Both the position numbers and the translations under genes were made by a program. A stretch of 64,000 bases of DNA from an uncultured Bifidobacteriaceae bacterium (GTDB taxonomy: Bacteria > Bacteroidota > Bacteroidia > UKL13-3): positions 657,965 to 721,964 of the forward strand of contig CAZHTC010000001.1 of NCBI GenBank assembly GCA_964535575.1. The letters are read 5' to 3'. Shown one piece after another: positions 56,875-63,868 of this stretch (position 1 is its first letter; every line of letters begins with the position of its first letter). The notes under the pieces were generated by a model that saw only the letters and a list, made by a program, of their open reading frames with translations, had not been told where the DNA came from and made no database searches.

Positions 56875-58482
56875 CTATGGTTCGATAATTATTTTTTGTG
56901 TCGCCTTTTCATATGGTGTTTCAATTGTCAAAATGTATGTCCCACCTAAATTCAGGTTTTTAATTTTCCGCTGAAATGTATTTTCGCCAAGAACTAAATT
57001 GGTTAAAATTCTTTCTTCTATTTTTTTACCGTCAATACTATAAATTGAAATTTTTGTTTCTGCTATTTTATTTAAATTAAATTTCACCAAAAAATTTCCG
57101 TCATTCGGATTTGGCAGCACTTGCATTTTCAATGTTCCAATACTTTGTTCATTTAAGTTGTGAATACCTACAGAAGAGTTTTTTATAACATACACTTTGA
57201 ATATTTGGCTGCTGGCACTACTCTGTGTTCCCGTATTTGTAAAAAATATATTTGCTGCGGTGCTGCTAATACCGCCATAAATGTAGCCAACCAAAGTGCT
57301 GTCTGCTGTGAAATCATCCAATTTAAAAACATCGTTATTAAAATGCGGAACACTTATAATAGGAATAAATTCTGCACCAGCACCCAACAAACTTGGCATT
57401 TCAACCGGAAGTTTGTATTCAGCCATTGTTCCAGCCCCATCTCTTGTTACCCTTGCAATTGTCTTTACAAAGGGAACATTATTATCTTGAACCAACACTC
57501 CTAAACTATCATAGTATTGAGCAATACCGCCAAAGAACACGTTGTGCATCTCATTATTTGCTACTGAATAAAGTGGAAGGGTAGCACAATGGTAATGGTT
57601 GTAATATTGTTGAAACAAATTATTTACCACATAACTTGAGCTGTCAATATTTACACAATTCAGAAATGGTAAATCAACTGTTGGCTGAAATACGCCCGAA
57701 AATGCAGTAATTCCTTCTGCTCCGTTTGGTAATATTTGAGGCACTGCATTGTAATCTCTCCGGTGCAGATTTGCAGCATCAGTAATTGTTGGCAAATGGC
57801 CTATTGTTATGGTTGTTCCGTCATCAGTTAAATTAAATTTTCGTATTGCGTCCGTATATACCTGCGTATAAGTTGGACCACCCATAGGATTATAGTTTCC
57901 GTCAAATTTATTACCGCCAACCAGGTAAAAAGTATTATTTATTTTCTTTAGATGTCCACCTGTTACCGCAAATTGCGCATCACTCATTTGTCGAAAATAA
58001 CTTGTGAATGAGTTTCCTCCAATAACCGCATTTATTACTGAAGGGACATCAATTGCGGTTAATTTGTCGAAAGTTTTTCTTGCTGATGATGCTGCATTGT
58101 AGCCATATCCACCAACGATATAAAGATAATTTCCTTCTTGATGAAACTCCATATTAGTTGAACTTAATTGTTCTTGTAAAGAAACTGAAAGGGAAGTTAT
58201 TGGTGCAGTCCATTTTTGCTGAGATACAGGGTCAATGACAATTAATTGATTGTTGTTTCCTGCAACATCAAACGCTGCAAATGGTTGTCTTCGGTGAAGT
58301 CCGTCAAGTCGACCACCAACAATAAGCCATTTTCCGTTGTGTTGTCCAAAAGCATAGGCTTGAAGTCCACCAAGTGCAGATATATTCATTGGTTCAATAT
58401 AAATATTAAAAGGTGTCGTCTGAGAAAAGACTGAAAAACTTAAAAAGATTAGTCCCAAAAATGTCTTTAGTTTCTTTGTCAT
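56875..58482 (-). CDS. Kelch-like beta-propeller protein with T9SS type-A C-terminal domain
   Basis: Signal peptide. Repeated ...YLVGG/IVGGYG... blades. C-terminus VLPNPNDGNFLVKF......IYSIDGKKI......LGGTYILTIE....QKIIIEP. AT-rich. Confidence 0.65.
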   Translation of the reverse strand: MTKKLKTFLGLIFLSFSVFSQTTPFNIYIEPMNISALGGLQAYAFGQHNGKWLIVGGRLDGLHRRQPFAAFDVAGNNNQLIVIDPVSQQKWTAPITSLSVSLQEQLSSTNMEFHQEGNYLYIVGGYGYNAASSARKTFDKLTAIDVPSVINAVIGGNSFTSYFRQMSDAQFAVTGGHLKKINNTFYLVGGNKFDGNYNPMGGPTYTQVYTDAIRKFNLTDDGTTITIGHLPTITDAANLHRRDYNAVPQILPNGAEGITAFSGVFQPTVDLPFLNCVNIDSSSYVVNNLFQQYYNHYHCATLPLYSVANNEMHNVFFGGIAQYYDSLGVLVQDNNVPFVKTIARVTRDGAGTMAEYKLPVEMPSLLGAGAEFIPIISVPHFNNDVFKLDDFTADSTLVGYIYGGISSTAANIFFTNTGTQSSASSQIFKVYVIKNSSVGIHNLNEQSIGTLKMQVLPNPNDGNFLVKFNLNKIAETKISIYSIDGKKIEERILTNLVLGENTFQRKIKNLNLGGTYILTIETPYEKATQKIIIEP

Positions 58483-58753
58483 TTTATTTGATATTAATTT
58501 GCCCGAAATTACTTTTTTGTTGCGGGTCTGTTTGTGACCTTTGATACATAACTAATATTTAGTTCCGGAACAGGTTCATCAACTAAACCTAAAGACAGAA
58601 AAATTATGGAAAAACAAATAGATTAAAAAAGTTACTCCTGTAAACTTTTTTCAGGACGAGACAAGGGAAACTTCTGATCCAATAAATTTATGACTTGTCC
58701 ATAGGTCAGAACCTCCATAAGCTCAATTGCACGTAGGGCTGTTTGACTTAAAT

Positions 58754-59146
58754 TCATTTCTTGCCTGAAAGTTTAAAAATGATAAAAGTTGCCAAAAACG
58801 CTTCTAATAAACTCAAAGGAATGGCAGTTAGTAATATTCCGAAAGGCAATACGCCTAAATTTCCTACTACTAACCACATAAAAACAAAACCAACAAACCA
58901 GGATAAAAACGTGGTTTGAAATAGAGTAAATTTTTTGCTGAATATGAAAATGGCCATTGCAAAACATAAAGACCAAATTCCCCAAACAGCTCCATTGATA
59001 GGCTGTTCAGGAAATGTCAACCTCAAACTTTGGTAGTGTTCTATCCAATAATTGTGTAATAAAAATGTGTTGCGAACAAATTCGGAAATGCTAATCCAAA
59101 TGGTCGCCATAAGAACCGGTAAAACGGTCTTTTTAATGATTGTCAT
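58754..59146 (-). CDS. Hypothetical 4-TM membrane protein
   Basis: 130 aa with four hydrophobic segments. No family recognised. Confidence 0.55.
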   Translation of the reverse strand: MTIIKKTVLPVLMATIWISISEFVRNTFLLHNYWIEHYQSLRLTFPEQPINGAVWGIWSLCFAMAIFIFSKKFTLFQTTFLSWFVGFVFMWLVVGNLGVLPFGILLTAIPLSLLEAFLATFIIFKLSGKK

Positions 59147-59180
59147 AAACTTTAAATTTTATTTTTTCGCTTTATATGCT

Positions 59181-59304
59181 TGCCCATAACCTCAGAATCC
59201 CGCATTGGGCGGGACAGGTGTGAAAAAACCTTTGTTCAATTTCATAGGGTAAAACTTGTGAAAAGAAACCACAAAAGCAAGAGAAAAAGCCAGAGGCTAA
59301 GCCA
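59181..59304 (-). repeat. attC-like site C (core-repeat family)
   Basis: Minus strand: TGGCTTAGCC (59304-59295) ... core ... hairpin (59197-59215) ... GTTATGGGCA (59190-59181). The end boxes plus adjacent CCTCTG/CTGAGG are complementary. Confidence 0.55.
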
Positions 59305-59352
59305 TACCTTCAATCTCGGCACGCGAGCAATGGCGGGAAATTTGTCCTTTAC

Positions 59353-59455
59353 AAAAATACCGAGTTAAAAAAATGAAAGGCTCATAAACCAGCTATTTGC
59401 TTCAACAAATTTAAAAAACAGAGTTGTGCAACAGCTACCCGTGTTAGCGGCTGGC
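59353..59455 (-). repeat. Second repeat module (copy 1 of 2), placed directly after a stop codon
   Basis: Near-identical to 63764-63866. The minus strand starts CCGCTAACACGGGTAGCTGTTGCACAACTCTG. Confidence 0.5.
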
Positions 59456-59461
59456 GTTTCT

Positions 59462-60424
59462 TCATAGCACATCTGTGTTAGCAATATTTGTCGGATTACC
59501 GTTAATGAAATTAATTACGTTTTCAAATGCCTTTCCAAAATACAATTCATAACCGTTTCGTTCTACATAACCCAAATGGGGAGTACAAACCACATTTGGC
59601 AATTTAAGTAACTCATAGTTTATGTCATAAACGGGTTCCTCTTCATAAACGTCAAGACCTGCAAATGTTGGTCTGCCCATTATTAAGCATTTTAATAGCT
59701 TTCCTTTTTCAATAAGCTCTGCTCTTGCGGTATTTATTAATACTGAATTTTCTTTCATTGACAACAAGTCACTTTCCTTAACTATTCCAAGTGTTTTTTC
59801 ATTTAGTCGAAGATGTAAAGTTATGATGTCAGCTGTTTTGAAAAATACTTCTTTGGATTCAGCTTTATCAAAGCCATCCGCAATTGCTTTCTCTCTTGAT
59901 ACCTCACTTCCCCATATCAAAACTTTTGCTCCGAAAACTTTGGCATATTGAGCAATCTTTTGTCCTATTTTCCCATAACCCCAAATACCAAGTGTTTTGC
60001 CATGAATTGTTGAACCAATATTTATTTGCCACTTTCCGTTTTTCATACCTTCAATTGCTTGTGGAATTTGTCTGACTGTATTCATTAATAAAGCCCAGGT
60101 CAACTCTGCTGGTGCAATTGGTGAGCCTATCCCTTCAGCAACTGCAACTTTGTATTTTGTGCAGTCCGCTAAATTTAAGTGATTTGAAATTTTACCCGTC
60201 TGACTTATTAATTTTAGGTTTGGCAGTAAGGAAAGAAGTGATTCGTTAACTTCTGTTCTCTCCCTTGTCAAAACGAGTACGTGTGTATCTCGTAATTTTT
60301 GTGCTAATATTTTTACGTCTTTTTCCGTACTATTTATTATTTGTACCTTTTGATTTTTTAATATGGTAAAACAATCTAATTCTTTAATAATATTTTGGTA
60401 GTCGTCTAAAATTGTGATTGTCAT
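59462..60424 (-). CDS. D-isomer-specific 2-hydroxyacid dehydrogenase family protein
   Basis: NAD fold GIWGYGKIGQKIAQYAKVFGAKVLIW. Catalytic-region motifs NTARAELI and CTPHLGY. Confidence 0.85.
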   Translation of the reverse strand: MTITILDDYQNIIKELDCFTILKNQKVQIINSTEKDVKILAQKLRDTHVLVLTRERTEVNESLLSLLPNLKLISQTGKISNHLNLADCTKYKVAVAEGIGSPIAPAELTWALLMNTVRQIPQAIEGMKNGKWQINIGSTIHGKTLGIWGYGKIGQKIAQYAKVFGAKVLIWGSEVSREKAIADGFDKAESKEVFFKTADIITLHLRLNEKTLGIVKESDLLSMKENSVLINTARAELIEKGKLLKCLIMGRPTFAGLDVYEEEPVYDINYELLKLPNVVCTPHLGYVERNGYELYFGKAFENVINFINGNPTNIANTDVL

Positions 60425-60464
60425 TTTATGTGCTTTAATTTATTAATAGGTCGTCTGTTATGCT

Positions 60465-60588
60465 TGCCACTAGCGGCAGCGTCCCGCATTGGGCGGGACA
60501 GGTGTGAAAAAAACTTTGTTCAATTTCATAGGGTAAAACTTGTGAAAAGAATCGACAAAAGCAAGGGAAAACGCCAGAAGCTATGGCA
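60465..60588 (-). repeat. attC-like site D (core-repeat family)
   Basis: Minus strand: TGCCATAGC (60588-60580) ... core ... hairpin gtcccgc/gcgggac (60481-60499) ... GCTAGTGGCA (60474-60465). The ends pair with one unpaired base. Confidence 0.55.
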
Positions 60589-60769
60589 ATACCTTCACTT
60601 GTGGCGGCACGGGAGCGAAGGCGGGGTGAGTTCATGCTTATAAAATTTGCCGGTTTTAGTTTTGTACTGAAAAAGGGTGCTTACAACTAGACCTCACTAC
60701 ATTTGAGAACTGAGGTTACACTCTTCATTTATGTCTTGTCACAAGTTGCAAACTTGCGACAGCTTTGGG
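60589..60769 (-). repeat. ORF-less conserved extension shared with 63469..63670
   Basis: Contains ataccttcacttgtggcggcacgggagcgaaggcggggtgagttcatgcttataaaatttgccgg and the hairpin gtcacaagt-tgcaa-acttgcgac (60738-60760). No credible ORF. Confidence 0.5.
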
Positions 60770-60859
60770 GGAAATTGTTCAAAAATCATATTGTTTAATC
60801 AACTTTTATATGTCTTTATTTTTACATTAGGTTTTTGAATTCTCAGGGTAGTCTTAGCA

Positions 60860-60897
60860 TGACCGCTAACGTTAGAGTCCCGCAATGTGTTACAGGG
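60860..60897 (-). repeat. Short attC-like junction overlapping the stop codon of 60890..61780
   Basis: Minus strand: CCCTGTAAC (contains the TAA stop) acattgcgggact CTAAC|GTTAG CGGTCA. The 10-nt palindrome ctaacgttag lies at 60866-60875. Confidence 0.3.
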
Positions 60898-61780
60898 CGT
60901 TTTTCCTTTTTCCCGGTTTAAATTCAAGTATCTCGTCTCGTTTTGGCGATGTAACATATTGCTTCTTATCATTCCCATATTTATCCATAATCCAAATGTC
61001 TGAATTTTCTGCTACACGTGTATAGGCAATAAATTTTCCGTCTGGAGTCCAGCGTGGCCATCTGTTATCTAAAGTGTCTGTAGTTAACTGTTTGATATTA
61101 CTACCGTCAATGTCCATGATATAGATGTCAGCTTTATTTTTTAAAAAGTAGTGGCACGCAATTGTTTTTCCGTCAGGTGAAATATCTAACGCTCCATCGT
61201 TCCCTATTCTGTTTGTCAATCTGGTGTGATAGCTTCCCGCAGTGTCCGTAACAAATATTTCGCTATTGGTTATTTTGTTAGCAGAGTCTTTATCCATAAA
61301 TGACGTATAAAATATTCGTATACCATCAGGATGAAATGTTGGCGAACCGTCTAATCTGTCGTTGGTTGTTATTCGTGTTGTTTTTTTACTGGTTAAATTC
61401 ATTAAGTAGATTTCATTTTGTTTGTGGTCGGCATTTGAAACATATAAAATGCTTTTTCCATCCGGAGAAAACGATGGACCATATTGGTCTAGCGTATCAT
61501 TTGTAAGTTGTAAAGTCGTTTTCAATTCAACATTGTAGAGATAAAGGTCATATTGCTTGTTAACCTGCTTTGCAAAAAGAATAAATTTTCCATCCGGGCT
61601 CCACTTAATTCCATAGTCGGTAAACTTATCGTTTGTAATGTTGAGAAGTTGGTCGTTTGTGGAAGAAATATATAAATCTAAATTTTCGTCTCTGTCAGAA
61701 ATAAGGGCGTATTCATATTTGACCGTTTTGCACGAGTTTAAAACTAAAAGTCCCAAAAGGAATATGTAAATTCTTTTCAT
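60890..61780 (-). CDS. TolB-like PD40/WD40-like beta-propeller protein
   Basis: Lipoprotein-like signal (LLVLNSC). Repeated ...SPDGK.I.F/Y....... blades (WSPDGKFILF, FSPDGKSILYVS, ISPDGKTIA, WTPDGKFIAY). Confidence 0.75.
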   Translation of the reverse strand: MKRIYIFLLGLLVLNSCKTVKYEYALISDRDENLDLYISSTNDQLLNITNDKFTDYGIKWSPDGKFILFAKQVNKQYDLYLYNVELKTTLQLTNDTLDQYGPSFSPDGKSILYVSNADHKQNEIYLMNLTSKKTTRITTNDRLDGSPTFHPDGIRIFYTSFMDKDSANKITNSEIFVTDTAGSYHTRLTNRIGNDGALDISPDGKTIACHYFLKNKADIYIMDIDGSNIKQLTTDTLDNRWPRWTPDGKFIAYTRVAENSDIWIMDKYGNDKKQYVTSPKRDEILEFKPGKRKNAL

Positions 61781-61798
61781 TGTTGTCGTCTTTTAAAA

Positions 61799-61921
61799 TG
61801 CCCTACAACGTTTTGCGGCTACCCAAAGGGCGGGACTTCTACCACAAAACTGTCTTTGGAACACGAATTGAAAATCAGCTAAGCTAAACCCCGCCTTTTG
61901 GGTAGCTGCTGTTATGTGCCA
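61799..61921 (-). repeat. attC-like site F (unrelated interior, same ends and length)
   Basis: Minus strand: TGGCACATAAC (61921-61911) ... GTTGTAGGGCA (61809-61799). A 20-nt long-range stem joins 61815-61834 and 61890-61909, with two G-T pairs on the plus strand. Confidence 0.5.
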
Positions 61922-61924
61922 TAT

Positions 61925-63322
61925 TTATTCTATTCGTCTGTTTTTAAAATTATCGTCAAATATTTTGTCAAGGGTTGTTGTGTGTCTATTTACAATTATC
62001 AACTTGGTTTTGTCTTGCAAATTTGTTGTATAAACAAATTCCTGTTCTGCTTTGTACTTCCAATTTTTTAGTTCTGGAAATATCGCTTTTATAATCTTTA
62101 ACTTGTACTTGTTGGCACACGATATAATAATCACTTTTGTAATTGGCGTTTCTTTCATTTGCTCAATGCCGCTTTGGGTGATAGGAGATAGAGATAAATA
62201 ATAACTAGAATGACGATAGTGTGAATTAAAGAAATCAAAGTCTTTCGGTTCGTCTGCTATTATATAACGGTTTGTAAACAAATTATCCAATTCGTTTGTC
62301 CAATCAGAAAAATTACTATCATACAAATCAACATATTTGTCAATAAAATTTTTGTCTATTGCTTTTTGCTGATTTATATACTCCTTCACTAATGGATAAA
62401 TCTGTTTTGACATTAAGTTGATGTATTTGACATTATACCAATCGGAATTATCTACTTTTCCGTTTAATTGTTCATAAACATACCCATTTCCTAACGATGT
62501 TGCCAATGCTTCATTTAGTAGTAAATATGCGTATTGACTATTTTTAGAAGAGTTATTGTTAAACCATGATTGGATTTTAAGTTTCAATTCCAAAGATTGT
62601 CCATCGTAAATGTTGTGATATATTTCGTGCATAAGAACACCGAATAAAATATCGTTTTCTTTGAAGTTAATAGGAACTTCACTTATAGCATTATTCAAAA
62701 ATGCTTTTGCTGTAAAACCACCTTTGCTGATTGAAGGAATAATTGCAATATCAATAGGAATAGAATTGTCCCATTGCGAGCCGTAAAAAATCAAACCCTT
62801 TTGAAAAAAGTTTGAAAGATTAGATTTTTGAACATATTCTTTTAGTTCGTTTAATTGCTTTTCAAATTTGTCTTTGTTTGGAAAGAAAATCAAGTTGTCA
62901 TAAATAGGTTCAAAATCAGAAAGAATGTGTGAAAAGGCAAATAGTTCTGTGTTCGGAACAATTCCAAAAGTTAAATTTTTGAAGTGCTGAATTGATACGG
63001 CATTGATTAAGTTTCTCTCAATAAGAGATGTAGTCATAACGGGTATTTTTTGTCCCGTTGGATACCCTTGAAAATTATACGATTCGTAAATATTTAAAGT
63101 GTCAAACTGTTTCACTAAGTCTATATAGTGTCTTGTGTGGAATTTTGAAGATTGAAACGCTTGTTTACACTCGTTGTCAGGATAGTTGTCGGACAATTTT
63201 TGTATAAAGTCATAAGTAGCCAATATCTTTGAATAGGTGAGGTTTATTATCGGCTCTTTTTGTCCAAATGCTGTACTAAAAGAAAATAAGAAAATTATTA
63301 AAAATGTCGCTTTTATGTTCAT
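61925..63322 (-). CDS. Hypothetical secreted protein with HExxH motif (possible zinc metallopeptidase)
   Basis: The ATG at 63322 gives the signal MNIKATFLIIFLFSFSTAFGQ. Single LMHEIYHNIY motif. Very AT-rich. The upstream extension of the listed ORF runs into the repeat. Confidence 0.55.
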   Translation of the reverse strand: MNIKATFLIIFLFSFSTAFGQKEPIINLTYSKILATYDFIQKLSDNYPDNECKQAFQSSKFHTRHYIDLVKQFDTLNIYESYNFQGYPTGQKIPVMTTSLIERNLINAVSIQHFKNLTFGIVPNTELFAFSHILSDFEPIYDNLIFFPNKDKFEKQLNELKEYVQKSNLSNFFQKGLIFYGSQWDNSIPIDIAIIPSISKGGFTAKAFLNNAISEVPINFKENDILFGVLMHEIYHNIYDGQSLELKLKIQSWFNNNSSKNSQYAYLLLNEALATSLGNGYVYEQLNGKVDNSDWYNVKYINLMSKQIYPLVKEYINQQKAIDKNFIDKYVDLYDSNFSDWTNELDNLFTNRYIIADEPKDFDFFNSHYRHSSYYLSLSPITQSGIEQMKETPITKVIIISCANKYKLKIIKAIFPELKNWKYKAEQEFVYTTNLQDKTKLIIVNRHTTTLDKIFDDNFKNRRIE

Positions 63323-63342
63323 TGTTGTACGTTTTTTTAATA

Positions 63343-63468
63343 TGGCACATAACGGCAGCGTCCCGCAAGGGGCGGGACAGGTGTGAAAAAAAACTTTGCT
63401 CAATTTCATAGGGTAAAACTTGTGAAAAGAAACCACAAAAGCAAGGGAAAATGCCAGAAGCTATGGCA
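63343..63468 (-). repeat. attC-like site E (core-repeat family)
   Basis: Minus strand: TGCCATAGC (63468-63460) ... core ... hairpin (63360-63378) ... GTTATGTGCCA (63353-63343). Confidence 0.55.
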
Positions 63469-63670
63469 ATACCTTCACTTGTGGCGGCACGGGAGCGAAG
63501 GCGGGGTGAGTTCATGCTTATAAAATTTGCCGGTTTAGTTTTGTACTCAAAACGGTGCTTACAAAATAAACTTAACCCATTCGGGTACTGAAGTTACACC
63601 CCGAATGAGTCGGGACAAAAGAACTTCAATTATTTCTTGTCACAAGTTGCAAACTTGCGACAGCTTTGGG
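63469..63670 (-). repeat. ORF-less conserved extension shared with 60589..60769
   Basis: Same flanking blocks and the same hairpin (63639-63661). The central ~50 nt is replaced by a different hairpin (cattcgggt...accccgaatg). Confidence 0.5.
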
Positions 63671-63763
63671 CAATGATAAAATTAAGGGAAGAACTGACCC
63701 AATTAGAAAGCCACATCATACAACAAATTCTGCTTTCATTACAGCTCACCAAAATTTTTAACT

Positions 63764-63866
63764 AAAAATACCGAGTTAAAAAAATGAAAGGCTCATAAAC
63801 CAGCTATTTGCTTCAATAAATTTAAAAAAACAGAGTTGTGCAACAGCTACCCGTGTTGGCAGCTGC
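63764..63866 (-). repeat. Second repeat module (copy 2 of 2), placed directly after a stop codon
   Basis: Near-identical to 59353-59455. The minus strand starts GCTGCCAACACGGGTAGCTGTTGCACAACTCTG immediately after the TAG at 63871-63869. Confidence 0.5.
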
Positions 63867-63868
63867 TC

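Noticed and set aside
60481-60499. The conserved GTCCCGC-N5-GCGGGAC hairpin as a rho-independent terminator
   Set aside because: No U-tract follows on either strand. The plus strand continues AGGTGTGAAAAAAA and the minus strand continues GCTGCCGCTAG. It always sits at a fixed offset from the GTT box, which fits a structural part of the repeat better.
60435-60635. Small ORFs lying inside the repeats: 60435..60635(-), 63276..63515(-), 59180..59368(+) and 60428..60643(+). Two of them give near-identical peptides starting MNSPRLRSRAATSEG.
   Set aside because: They lie entirely in the repeated intergenic element. The open frame and strand differ between copies, and copy B has none. Differences between copies are not concentrated at third codon positions. 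They lack plausible starts or signals. I treat them as non-coding repeat sequence.
61911-61921. TGGCACATAAC boxes (also at 63343-63353) as dif/Xer-type sites, given the resemblance to the XerC arm GGTGCGCATAA
   Set aside because: No 6-8-nt spacer is followed by an inverted second arm next to the box. The partner box lies ~110 nt away, which does not fit an 11-6-11 Xer site.
56733-63468. A MITE or REP family as the sole explanation for the repeats
   Set aside because: Rejected only provisionally. All copies are co-oriented with the ORFs. Sites with unrelated interiors share the ends and the length. I saw no flanking target-site duplications. This cannot be excluded without genome-wide copy data.
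63673-63765. A 30-aa plus-strand ORF (MIKLREELTQLESHIIQQILLSLQLTKIFN) in the unique part of the 63.3-63.9 kb gap
   Set aside because: It is too short, it is absent from the related 60.4-60.9 kb gap, and no translation signals were recognised. It may be a fragment of an old gene, but there is no support for function.
55280-63866. CRISPR array as an explanation for the repeats
   Set aside because: The repeats are ~124 nt rather than 24-48 nt. They are imperfect, and they are separated by 0.4-2.4 kb containing full-length genes. No cas genes are present.
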